This document shows positions 43,125-51,469 of a stretch of DNA of 64,000 nucleotides, one piece after another. This DNA comes from Candidatus Polarisedimenticolaceae bacterium (GTDB lineage Bacteria; Acidobacteriota; Polarisedimenticolia; Polarisedimenticolales; DASRJG01): contig DASUCV010000009.1 of NCBI GenBank assembly GCA_036275915.1, positions 223,198-287,197 of the forward strand. The letters are read 5' to 3'. The notes beneath the pieces were generated by a model. That model had not been told where the DNA came from. It was given only the letters and a program-made list of their open reading frames with translations, and ran no database searches. The position numbers and the translations under genes were made by a program. The number at the start of each line of letters is the position of its first letter. Within the stretch, counting starts at the first letter, position 1.

Positions 43125-43841
43125 TCAGCCGTGAATCTTCACCTTGCCCACGACGCTCTGGAGGACGATCGCCGGCCCGCCCGACCCGAGGATGGCGCGG
43201 TAATCGGCCTCTCCGGCCTCGACGAGACGAAGCCCCGGGACATCGCTCTCGACATGGCCTGCCACGCTGTGCGCCTCGAGCTGTGCGTCGGTCGACGGAG
43301 TGACCTCGAGATCGATGCCGCCGGTGACGCTGCTGACGCGGATCCCGCGGTCGCCGATGCCGGCGACGCTGAGCTCGAGACCGCCGGCGATGGAGCTCAT
43401 CCGCGCCTCACGCACGCCCGCCAGCTCGACTCGGCCCGCGATGCTCTCGAGCTTCAGCATGCCGTCTGTGGCGCCGACGCGAAGCGAGCCGGCGATCGTT
43501 CTCAGGCTCAAGTCGGCGCTGCGCGGCACGGTCAGCTTGACCTGCTGCGATCCGCGGACGTTGTCGCACTTGCTCTCGGTACGGATTTCGACCTTGGTCG
43601 GTGACGGCTCGATCACGACCGCGCCACACGCGAGGTCCTCCTTCGTCGGCGCCGAGCGGACGATGTCGACGTCGACCTTGCCGTCCCCACCGATCGCGAT
43701 CTCGACCGGCCCGGCGATCCGCGAGACGTCGACGGTGCCCCCGTCGGCCAGATCGAAAGTCTTGGAGATGTGCTCTTGCTCCGTCGCGGCGGCGGGGAGT
43801 GCCAGAAGCGCGGCGAGAATCAACGACCCGGTGTGCCTCAT
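43125..43841 (-). CDS. DUF4097-type beta-strand-repeat exported protein (putative adhesin-like fold)
   Basis: Signal peptide MRHTGSLILAALLALPAAA. Repeated units of the form ...IAGSLRVGATDGMLKLESIAGRVELAG...SSIAGGLELSV...SSVTGGIDLEV...HSVAGHVESDV.... SD GAGGAGG lies upstream. Confidence 0.7.
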   Translation of the reverse strand: MRHTGSLILAALLALPAAATEQEHISKTFDLADGGTVDVSRIAGPVEIAIGGDGKVDVDIVRSAPTKEDLACGAVVIEPSPTKVEIRTESKCDNVRGSQQVKLTVPRSADLSLRTIAGSLRVGATDGMLKLESIAGRVELAGVREARMSSIAGGLELSVAGIGDRGIRVSSVTGGIDLEVTPSTDAQLEAHSVAGHVESDVPGLRLVEAGEADYRAILGSGGPAIVLQSVVGKVKIHG

Positions 43842-43895
43842 GAGAACCTCCTCGTTCGGGTAATACGACCCTCGAGGGTGGCCGGTTCGGTCTTC

Positions 43896-44495
43896 TCAGC
43901 AATCGGCGCAGTGGTCCTCGCCGCGCCAAGCCTCCAATCCCTCACGACCGATGAAAAACGTCATGATCAGAGCCGCGACGGGGTCGGCCCACCACCAGCC
44001 GAAGGCGGCGTTGAGGGCCATGCCGCTCAAAGCGGAGAGCGAGAGCCACCAGCAGGCCGTTGCCTGGAACGCGTCCGCTTCGAGCGCCCGGCTCTCGAGC
44101 GCCGCGGCGGCTCGGCGCTTGGCCCGAGCGAGCCAGATCATGACGAAGAGGGAGATAACCGTCAGAACGATTCCTACCGCCGAGGGATGCGGCCGCTCGC
44201 GGGTCCAGAGCGTCCACGCGGAGTCGGCGACGATGTAGCCCGCGAGGAGAAACAGCGACGCGCCCACGAGCCGTTGCGCCGGCCGCTCGAGCCGATCGTT
44301 CTCCGATCGTAGGCGCCAGATCATGACCCCGGCCGACGCGCTCTCGATGAAGCTGTCGATGCCGAAGCCCATGAGCGCGACGCTACCGGCCATCGCCGCC
44401 GCCACGACGGCGATCAACCCCTCGAAGAGGTTCCATGCGACCGTCAGGTATTCGAGGCGCAGGGCGCGAGAGATCAGTGCGGCCCGGTTCGCCAT
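43896..44495 (-). CDS. Small cation-efflux (CDF-like) membrane domain protein, 199 aa, without a cytoplasmic C-terminal domain
   Basis: ATG 44495-44493. ...LEYLTVAWNLFEGLIAVVAAAMAGSVALMGFGIDSFIESASAGVMIWRL... with 5-6 TM segments. The C-terminus ends GEDHCADC. The 498 upstream codons of the track ORF are Arg-rich and out of frame with the real upstream gene. Confidence 0.7.
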   Translation of the reverse strand: MANRAALISRALRLEYLTVAWNLFEGLIAVVAAAMAGSVALMGFGIDSFIESASAGVMIWRLRSENDRLERPAQRLVGASLFLLAGYIVADSAWTLWTRERPHPSAVGIVLTVISLFVMIWLARAKRRAAAALESRALEADAFQATACWWLSLSALSGMALNAAFGWWWADPVAALIMTFFIGREGLEAWRGEDHCADC

Positions 44496-44530
44496 CACAT
44501 CTCGAACCGTTCCCACTCCCGCAAAGTCCT

Positions 44531-45826
44531 TCAGCTGAGCCCGTTCTTTGATACGGTCGTCATGACGTCCACGAACCGGTCCAGCTCCTCGGGCGTCGTG
44601 TACACGTTCGGGGTGACGCGGAGGCCCTGGAACTCGTCGTGGATGATCGGGACGACGAAGATCTTGTGCTGGTCCATGAGGTGGCTCGCGAGCTTGCTCG
44701 TGTCCACGCCGTCGATCTTCACGTTGGCGATCGCGCAGGACTGCTTGCCGTCCAGTGCGGTGTTGAACCGAACGTTCGGCAGCGCCTGGAGTCTTTCCGC
44801 CCAGGAGTGGGTGAGATAGCGGAGGCGCGCTTCCTTCCGCGCGGCGCCGATGCCGTTGTGGAAGAGGATCGCCTCGCCGATGGCGAGCTTCATGGCGGCC
44901 GAATGCGTGCCGATCTCTTCGTATTTCCGGATGTCGCCGGCTTGCGTCTGATCGGCCGCCATGAGCGGCCAGATCTTGGCGATCTTGTCCTTCTTGACGT
45001 ACAGCAGGCCGGTGCCGATCGGGGCGCCGAGCCACTTGTGAAGACTCGTCCCGAAGTAGTCGCAGCCGAGGTCGGCGCGCTTGAAATCGAAGTGCGCGAA
45101 CGAGTGCGCTCCGTCGACGATCGTCTCGATCCCCTTCGCGCGCGCCATGTCGCAGACCGCCTTGACCGGCGTGATCTGCCCGGTGATGTTGATGACGTGC
45201 GAGATGAGGATCAGCTTCGTCCGCGGGGTGATCCCCGCCTCGAACGCCTCGGCGATCTTCATCGGGTCGGCCGGCGCGATCGGCACCTTGATCAGCTTCA
45301 GCGAGAGCTTCTCGCGCTGCTCGCGCTGCCGGAGCGTCGTGAGCATCCGCGGATAATCCTGCGTCGTCGTGAGGATCTCGTCCCCCGCCTTGAAGTCCAT
45401 CCCCATGAGCAGGGTCTCGAGCGACTCCGAGGCGTTGCGCGTGATCGCGATCTCTTCCCGGTCGCAGCCGAAGATTCCGGCGAGCCCGGTCCTGACGCTC
45501 TCGCACTGGGGCTCGAGGATCTGCCACATCGTGTACGCCGGGAGATCCTCTTGCTGCCAGGTGTAGCGCGCGAACGCTTCGGTGACGATGCGCGGCGACG
45601 GGCTGACGCCGCCGTTGTTCAGGTTGACGATCCCGCGCGTGACCGTGTACGCCTGCTGAACCGTGAGCCAGTAGTCTTCGTCGGCGGCCGCCTGCGCGGG
45701 AGTCAGGTGGGCGATGCTCGCCGCGGCGGCACGCACGTCGTCGAGGAGACCGCTCACCGTCGCCGAGGCCAGCGCGGCGAGGCCGACGCCCCGGCCGGCC
45801 TGAGCGAGAAAGTCGCGGCGATCCAT
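44531..45826 (-). CDS. Aminotransferase class V-fold PLP enzyme (isopenicillin-N-epimerase / cysteine-desulfurase-like) with a twin-arginine signal peptide
   Basis: ATG 45826-45824 gives MDRRDFLAQAGRGVGLAALASATVSG (Tat motif RRDFL). Class V motifs are ...ITRNASESLE..., ...IVDGAHSFAH..., and the PLP-lysine context FGTSLHKWLGAP. Confidence 0.85.
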   Translation of the reverse strand: MDRRDFLAQAGRGVGLAALASATVSGLLDDVRAAAASIAHLTPAQAAADEDYWLTVQQAYTVTRGIVNLNNGGVSPSPRIVTEAFARYTWQQEDLPAYTMWQILEPQCESVRTGLAGIFGCDREEIAITRNASESLETLLMGMDFKAGDEILTTTQDYPRMLTTLRQREQREKLSLKLIKVPIAPADPMKIAEAFEAGITPRTKLILISHVINITGQITPVKAVCDMARAKGIETIVDGAHSFAHFDFKRADLGCDYFGTSLHKWLGAPIGTGLLYVKKDKIAKIWPLMAADQTQAGDIRKYEEIGTHSAAMKLAIGEAILFHNGIGAARKEARLRYLTHSWAERLQALPNVRFNTALDGKQSCAIANVKIDGVDTSKLASHLMDQHKIFVVPIIHDEFQGLRVTPNVYTTPEELDRFVDVMTTVSKNGLS

Positions 45827-45858
45827 CGGCGTCGATCCTAGTACAATCCGTTCTCTCG

Positions 45859-46929
45859 ATGCGTTTCTTCTGCGCCGCCGCGCTTGCGCTCTTGATGTTC
45901 TCGTCGTCCTCGGCACAGCTGACGGAGGCGAACGCCGATCGCTTCGCGAAGCTCGCGCTCGCCTGCGTGCAGAAGGAGTATCCGAACAAGATCGCGCACG
46001 TCCTGAACTCGCCGGAGGATGTGAAGGCGCCCCACGAGCTGACGCCGGCCTTCTACGGCTGCTACGACTGGCATTCCTCGGTGCACGGGCACTGGCTGCT
46101 CGCCACGCTGGCGCGTCGCTTCCCGCAGGCGCCCTTCGCGTCCGGCGCGGTCGCCGCGCTCGAGGCGAACATCACCCCCGCGCACGTCGCCACGGAGGTC
46201 GCCTACCTCGATCGTCCGGGCAACGAGACGTTCGAGCGACCTTACGGGCTGGCGTGGCTGCTGCAGCTCGCGTCGGAGCTTCGCGGCTGGAACACGCCGG
46301 CCGGGCAAGCGCTCTCGTCCGCGCTCGCGCCTTTGGAGCGTGCGGTCGTCGGCCGCCTGAGCGCGTGGCTGCCGAAGCTCGCGTACCCGATCCGCGAGGG
46401 CGAGCACGCTCAGACCGCATTCGCGTTCGGCCTGATCCTCGATCACGCGCGCGCGAGCGGCGACAAGACGCTCGAGGCGCTCGTCACCGCCAAGATCAGG
46501 GACTTCTACGTGAAGGATCGGAGCTGCCCGATCGACTACGAGCCGTCGGGGCAGGATTTCTTGTCCCCCTGCCTCGCGGAGGCGGACGTCGTGCGGCGCG
46601 TGCTGCCTCCCGCCGAGTTCGCGAAATGGCTGACGGCGTTCCTCCCACGCATCCCGCAGACAGCGTCCGCCGCCTGGCTCCCGATCGGCGTCGTCACCGA
46701 CAGGAGCGACGGGAAGCTGGCGCACCTCGACGGCTTGAACCTCAGCCGCGCGTGGATGCTACGTGGGATCGCCGCCGGCCTTCCGCCCGCCGATGCGCGG
46801 CGGAGAGCGCTCTTGGCCGCTTCGGAGGTGCACGCGCGGAGCGGCCTCGCCGCGGTGACCGGCGAGCACTACGAAGGCGGACACTGGCTCGGCAGCTTCG
46901 CCACCTATCTCCTCACTTCTTCTCCTTGA
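45859..46929 (+). CDS. DUF2891 family protein (exported)
   Basis: Signal peptide MRFFCAAALALLMFSSSSA. The family-typical stretch is ...LACVQKEYPNKIAHVLNSPEDVKAPHELTPAFYGCYDWHSSVHGHWLL.... Confidence 0.7.
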   Translation: MRFFCAAALALLMFSSSSAQLTEANADRFAKLALACVQKEYPNKIAHVLNSPEDVKAPHELTPAFYGCYDWHSSVHGHWLLATLARRFPQAPFASGAVAALEANITPAHVATEVAYLDRPGNETFERPYGLAWLLQLASELRGWNTPAGQALSSALAPLERAVVGRLSAWLPKLAYPIREGEHAQTAFAFGLILDHARASGDKTLEALVTAKIRDFYVKDRSCPIDYEPSGQDFLSPCLAEADVVRRVLPPAEFAKWLTAFLPRIPQTASAAWLPIGVVTDRSDGKLAHLDGLNLSRAWMLRGIAAGLPPADARRRALLAASEVHARSGLAAVTGEHYEGGHWLGSFATYLLTSSP

Positions 46930-48061
46930 ACGGAGTCCGCCACAGCACGCTGCCGCTGTCGTCGAAGAGCACGAGAGACGCCGACGGACGCCGCAGCTCC
47001 TCGCTCCCTTCCTGATTCTGGAGCGCGATCGAGCCTAGGGACGCGCGCACGACCCCTTCGTCGTTGGAGAGATCGAGGAAGGGAGACTCCCATGACCGCA
47101 GGCCCAGCTTGGCGCGGACCACACCGTCGCTGCCCGCGAGCGCCAGGTAGGGACCCGCGTCGGCCGATGCGGCGAGCTGGGCCGCGAGCCGGCCATCGCG
47201 ATCCGTCAGGGACACGCCGACGCCGCCGTCCCGCGCGACGGTTGCATGGAGGCCGGATTGGCCGCGCTCGCCGGCCAGCTCGAGCGTGGGGACGCCTTCC
47301 GCGGTCGTCTGGATCAACGCGCGCACCTTGCCGGCGGGGTCGAGAAAGCTCAGGGCCGGCTCGCCGGTCGGGAATGCCATCAACATCGAGCGGGGGTGGC
47401 CATTGCCGTCGAAGAGCGCGATCCGCGGTGCGCCACCGGCGCTGGTCAACGACAGCCGCTCGGTCCCATCCGGATCGGTGAAGCCGACGCTGGGCGTGCC
47501 CGCCGTGCTCGTCCGCACGACGAATCGCGTCGCGCCGTCGAGATCGGCGATGTGGAGGCGCGCCGTATCGTCGGGCTGCAACTCGAGCCCGGCGACCGAC
47601 TTCCCCCGACGCGACAGGAGCGCAACGCCGGGGGCGCCGGTCGCGGAGAGGGCGAGATGGGCGCGCGGCGTCCCGGTCGGGTCGGAGAGCACGACCGATG
47701 GAGCGCCGTCGTCGCCCACCTGCAGCGCGGCCCGCACCTTGCCGTCGGCGTCGTTCAAGCTGAGGCGGGGCGAGCCCGTGTCCGTCGTGACCTCGAGCAG
47801 CATGCGCGTCGTGTCGGTCGCATCCCGGAAGGTCAGCTGGGGCCGGCCGTCGAGCGCGAACCCGAGCCGGACGCGCACGCGGCCGTCGGCGTCGAGGAGG
47901 TGGAACGCGCTCGCTTCCGAAACCGGGGCGATCACACGCGGCGCCGCCTGGGCCGCGAGCAGCAGGAGACAGGCGATCGCGAGCGTCGCGTGAACGGTCC
48001 ACCGGAGCCGCCGGTTCTCGCGCTCGAGACGATCCACGCGGTCGATCAACGAGTCGTTCAT
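46913..48061 (-). CDS. Membrane-anchored hypothetical protein made of about 14 tandem 22-aa beta-hairpin-like repeats
   Basis: N-terminus MNDSLIDRVDRLERENRRLR (coiled-coil-like) plus a TM segment (WTVHATLAIACLLLLAAQAA). Repeats of the form h-x-h-x-D-x-x-G-x-x-R-x-x-L-x(5)-G-x-P follow (for example LSLNDADGKVRAALQVGDDGAPS, VGFTDPDGTERLSLTSAGGAPR, LSFLDPAGKVRALIQTTAEGVPT). The repeat region is nt 46931-47905. Confidence 0.7.
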   Translation of the reverse strand: MNDSLIDRVDRLERENRRLRWTVHATLAIACLLLLAAQAAPRVIAPVSEASAFHLLDADGRVRVRLGFALDGRPQLTFRDATDTTRMLLEVTTDTGSPRLSLNDADGKVRAALQVGDDGAPSVVLSDPTGTPRAHLALSATGAPGVALLSRRGKSVAGLELQPDDTARLHIADLDGATRFVVRTSTAGTPSVGFTDPDGTERLSLTSAGGAPRIALFDGNGHPRSMLMAFPTGEPALSFLDPAGKVRALIQTTAEGVPTLELAGERGQSGLHATVARDGGVGVSLTDRDGRLAAQLAASADAGPYLALAGSDGVVRAKLGLRSWESPFLDLSNDEGVVRASLGSIALQNQEGSEELRRPSASLVLFDDSGSVLWRTPFKEKK

Positions 48062-48102
48062 GATGGCCTCCTCCGCGTCATTATCGGATAGGCTGGCGCC
48101 GC

Positions 48103-49071
48103 ATGACGCCGACGACCCTTCTCAGCCCCGCCGAGATCGACGACGCGCGCGAGCGGATAAGGCCCTTCCTTCCGTCGACGCCCCTGCGCCGGTCGTTCGC
48201 GCTCGCGCCCCACGACGCGTGGCTGAAGCTCGAGTGCTGGCAGCCGACCGGCTCGTTCAAGGTGCGCGGAGCGCTGAACCACCTTCTCTCGCTCACCGAG
48301 GACGAGCGGCGGCGCGGCGTCGTCGCGGCCTCCGCGGGCAACCATGCGCTCGGGATCGCGTGGGCCGCCGAGACGCTCGGTGGCCGTCTCCCGGTCGCGC
48401 TCTTCGTGCCCGTCGGCGCTCCGCGGGCGAAGCTCGAGAAGCTGCGCACGTATCCGGTGTCGATCCACGAGTCCGGGGCGACCTACGAGGATGCCCAGGA
48501 CGCTTCCATGCTCCATGCGGAGGCCGAGGGCGCCCACCACGTGCACGCGTTCGAAGATCGACGGACCGCCGCGGGACAGGGCTCGGTCGGACTCGAGATC
48601 CTCGAGCAGCTCCCGGGGGTCCGTCGCATCGTGGTCCCGGTGGGCGGAGGAGGTCTGATCTCGGCGATCGCGGTCGCCGTCAAGGAGCGAGCGCCGTCCG
48701 TCCGCATCGTCGCCGTGCAGGCCGAGGCCTCACCCTCCTTGTCGGAGTCGCTCGCGCGGAACGAGCCACTCCTCCGCTACGCGGCCCGGCCGACGCTGGC
48801 GGACGGAGTCGCCGGAGGGATCGGCGACATCGTGTTCCGGCACCGGCACCTGATCGACGAGGTCGTGAACGTGCCGGAGTCCGCGATCGAGCAGGCGATC
48901 GTGGAGCTTCTCGCGAAGGATCAGGTGCTGGCCGAAGGCTCCGGTGCCGTCGGGGTCGGCGCTCTGCTCTCCGGCCGCCTCGCGGCGAACGGCGGGCGCA
49001 CCGCGGTCGTCGTGAGCGGAGGCAACATCGACATCGCGCACGTGGCGCGCCTCACGAGCGCGCGACGATGA
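48103..49071 (+). CDS. Threonine/serine dehydratase-family PLP enzyme (catalytic domain only, 322 aa)
   Basis: PLP-lysine motif PTGSFKVRGALN, ASAGNHALG, and the glycine loop VPVGGGGLISA. There is no ACT-like regulatory domain. Confidence 0.85.
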   Translation: MTPTTLLSPAEIDDARERIRPFLPSTPLRRSFALAPHDAWLKLECWQPTGSFKVRGALNHLLSLTEDERRRGVVAASAGNHALGIAWAAETLGGRLPVALFVPVGAPRAKLEKLRTYPVSIHESGATYEDAQDASMLHAEAEGAHHVHAFEDRRTAAGQGSVGLEILEQLPGVRRIVVPVGGGGLISAIAVAVKERAPSVRIVAVQAEASPSLSESLARNEPLLRYAARPTLADGVAGGIGDIVFRHRHLIDEVVNVPESAIEQAIVELLAKDQVLAEGSGAVGVGALLSGRLAANGGRTAVVVSGGNIDIAHVARLTSARR

Positions 49072-49072
49072 G

Positions 49073-50779
49073 CTAGCGCGCCGGCGCCGTCTCCTTCGGC
49101 GGCAAGGGCTTCGGCATCGGCTTGCGCGGCAGCATCTCGGGGCGCGTCGCCGCGTCGTAGACGACCGACGCGAGAATCGCGGCCGCCTGCATGAGGTCCG
49201 CCGCCTGCACGTGGTCGTAGACGTCGACGTTCGAGTGGTGCGTTCGCGTCGAGTAGTCGAGGGGATCCTGGATGAACTGGAACCCGGGCAGCCCGACCGC
49301 GTCGAACGGAAGATGGTCGGTCCCGCCGGTGTCGTGAATCGAGATCGTCTTCGCGCCGAGGTCCTCGAACGGCGCGAGCCACGCCGCGAAGATCGGACGC
49401 ATCATGTCGTTCCCCTGCAGGTAGACCCCCCGGATCTTCCCGGTGCCGTTGTCGATGTTGAAGTACCCCGACAGCTTCGCGTGCTCGGGGAGCGTGCGCA
49501 TCGTGACCATGTCGGCGAAGTGCTTCGTCACGTAGCCGCTCGAGCCGAGGATCCCCTGCTCCTCGCCGGTCCAGAGGCCGAGGCGCACGGTGCGGTCCAT
49601 CTTGAGTCCGAGGGTCTTGAGGATCCGCATCGCCTCGAGGACGACCGCCGAGCCCGCGGCGTTGTCGGTGGCGCCGGTGCCGGAGTGCCACGAGTCGAGG
49701 TGCGCGCCGAGCATCACCACTTCATCTTTCTTCGAGCCGCCTTCGATCTCGGCGACGACGTTCTTCCCGTCGAGGTCCTTCTCGTCGAACGTCGCCTCCA
49801 TGTCGAGCGCGATCCTCACCGGGATCTTCTTGTCGACGAGGCGGCAGAGCCGGTCGTAGGACTCCGGGGCCAGCGAGATCCGGGGAGGCGGGATCGGCGC
49901 CCCGTCTTCGTACGAGCCCGCGGCCTCGGCGAAAAGGATGCCCCCCATGCCGCGCGAGTCGCCGGAGAGGACGGCCGCCACGCCTTCCTCTTTGAAGAAG
50001 GTGTTGAGGCGGTCGCGCGTGTGCCGGAGACGGTCGGACAGGTCGTTCCTGACCGCGAACGGCGCCGAAGCGAAGAGCTGCTCCCTCTTCTTGGGATCGT
50101 CGGGGAGACTCGTGATCGGCCAGTGGATCGGCAGCGCGGCGATGGGCTCCGGCGCCTTCTGGAGGTCGCCGAGCTCCTTCTCGTCGAGACGGTGGGATTC
50201 GGCCTCCGTCGGGAGCGTCATCTCGCGGGGCTCGGTGAGAAGGACGAACTTCCCATGGAGCTTGCCCTTGTTGTCGGCGATGTACTTCGTGATGTGCGCG
50301 TCGAGCTTCGCCGGATCGCGATCGTCGCGCTTCTCCATTTCCTGCGCGCCAAAGAGCACCGCCACGACCGGCTCGCCGCTCACGACCCCATTCGTCCCCG
50401 ACGACCACGCGAGCGGCACGCCCTGCAGCGGCGCATACACCGGCGCCTCCAGATTCATCGTGAACCGCTTGAGCGACCAGCCCCGGCCGAACTTCCCCCA
50501 CGTCTCCTGGTGGGCGTTGTCGATCCCCCAGGACTTGATCGTCCTGACCGCCCAGTCCGCCGCCGCGCGCTGTCCCGGTGAGTTCGTGAGCCGCGGCCCG
50601 TTGGCGTCGGTCAGGAAGAACAGATGCTCCATGACCTTCGAGCCGCGGAACGCTTCGTCCTTGATGCGGTGGACCGTCGCGAGATCGACCTTCTCGTCGC
50701 CGGCGAGCGCCGAGACGGGAAGAAGCGCGATGAGGAGCGCGACGGTGCGTCGCGCGAGGTACGAGCGTGATTGAGTCAT
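49073..50779 (-). CDS. M28 family metallopeptidase with PA (protease-associated) insert, exported
   Basis: ATG 50779-50777 gives MTQSRSYLARRTVALLIALLPVSALA. Zinc-ligand contexts are ...MLGAHLDSWHSGTGATDNAAGSAVVLE..., ...LWTGEEQGILGS..., ...TGGTDHLPF.... Confidence 0.85.
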   Translation of the reverse strand: MTQSRSYLARRTVALLIALLPVSALAGDEKVDLATVHRIKDEAFRGSKVMEHLFFLTDANGPRLTNSPGQRAAADWAVRTIKSWGIDNAHQETWGKFGRGWSLKRFTMNLEAPVYAPLQGVPLAWSSGTNGVVSGEPVVAVLFGAQEMEKRDDRDPAKLDAHITKYIADNKGKLHGKFVLLTEPREMTLPTEAESHRLDEKELGDLQKAPEPIAALPIHWPITSLPDDPKKREQLFASAPFAVRNDLSDRLRHTRDRLNTFFKEEGVAAVLSGDSRGMGGILFAEAAGSYEDGAPIPPPRISLAPESYDRLCRLVDKKIPVRIALDMEATFDEKDLDGKNVVAEIEGGSKKDEVVMLGAHLDSWHSGTGATDNAAGSAVVLEAMRILKTLGLKMDRTVRLGLWTGEEQGILGSSGYVTKHFADMVTMRTLPEHAKLSGYFNIDNGTGKIRGVYLQGNDMMRPIFAAWLAPFEDLGAKTISIHDTGGTDHLPFDAVGLPGFQFIQDPLDYSTRTHHSNVDVYDHVQAADLMQAAAILASVVYDAATRPEMLPRKPMPKPLPPKETAPAR

Positions 50780-50847
50780 CGAAAGCCCCCGGACGCCGGC
50801 CTTGCGGCGGGCACGAGGCGCGAGACTAACACGCTGCAATGGTGGGA

Positions 50848-50879
50848 GGCCGTGGGTGACGCCGCCGTCGCCCACGGCC
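50848..50879 (-). terminator. GC-rich hairpin downstream of the basic-protein gene (possible intrinsic terminator)
   Basis: Arms ggccgtgggtgacg (50848-50861) and cgtcgcccacggcc (50866-50879) pair at 13 of 14 positions, with a 4-nt loop. It lies 28 nt after the stop at 50907. No clear U-tract follows on the minus strand. Confidence 0.3.
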
Positions 50880-50906
50880 GACGATCAAAGGAGACCAGCG
50901 TCCCCT

Positions 50907-51215
50907 CTAGGCGCTCGGCGTCATCCCCATCGCCGCCGCGACCTTCTTGCGCACGGCTCGGCGCACGACCCGGGCGACCTTGCGGACCCGGCGAGCCTTC
51001 CTGCGGGTGGTCCTGCGGCCCGTGCGGGCCTTCTTGCGGGCGGTCTTACGGGCGACGCGACCCTTCCTGCGCGTGACCTTCCGGGCCACGCGGCCCTTCC
51101 TGCGTGTGACCTTTCGCGCCACGCGCGCACGCTTGCGCGCGACCTTTCGGCCGGCGCGGCCCTTCTTGCGAGCGACGCGTCGTGCGACCCGACCGGCTTT
51201 TCGAGCTACCGCCAT
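50907..51215 (-). CDS. Extremely basic Arg/Lys-repeat protein, 102 aa (histone H1-like / nucleoid-associated candidate)
   Basis: ATG 51215 is preceded by GGGAGGA 5 nt upstream. Counted composition is 32 Arg plus 16 Lys out of 102 residues, with no Asp or Glu. The sequence contains repeats (VARKVTRRKGR twice). The antisense ORF (50947-51282) lacks an SD and reads as an R/T/F/L mirror. Confidence 0.65.
   Translation of the reverse strand: MAVARKAGRVARRVARKKGRAGRKVARKRARVARKVTRRKGRVARKVTRRKGRVARKTARKKARTGRRTTRRKARRVRKVARVVRRAVRKKVAAAMGMTPSA
51056..51121 (-). repeat. Tandem 33-bp coding repeat (2 units, 29/33 identical) within a broader degenerate basic repeat
   Basis: Unit A is 51056-51088 (cgcgacccttcctgcgcgtgaccttccgggcca) and unit B is 51089-51121 (cgcggcccttcctgcgtgtgacctttcgcgcca). 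Each encodes VARKVTRRKGR. Confidence 0.85.
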
Positions 51216-51469
51216 CGAATCCTCCCGCCTTCTTTCGAAGGCTCGTACCCGCGCGCGGCTGGATGCATCGTGCGGTGTCTGATCGTAACAGCGAATGGAG
51301 GATTAGGACTGCCTCGCCAGCGAGAAGTAATGCTTCGGGTGCGACGGGGCGTACAGCTCCTTGAAGTAGATGCCGGCGCGGCGAACGCCGCGGCGGCCAT
51401 GATCGCGGGCATGAGCATGGACGATCCCCCTCGGTGGGGTAATACGTCCCGCTCGCGTTTTCGTTGCCG

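Noticed and set aside
44496-45989. An apparent 697-aa single ORF (43896-45989) suggesting a large fusion protein.
   Set aside because: Only the last 199 codons (from ATG 44495) look like a CDF membrane domain. Upstream it reads out of frame across the class-V aminotransferase gene (44531-45826), which has its own frame, Tat leader and PLP motif.
50947-51282. A plus-strand 111-aa ORF antisense to the basic-protein gene (RATRPFLRVTFRAT...).
   Set aside because: It is the mirror image of the Arg/Lys repeat and has no SD before its ATG. The minus-strand ORF has GGGAGGA 5 nt from its ATG and a composition seen in known histone-like proteins. This still needs experimental confirmation.
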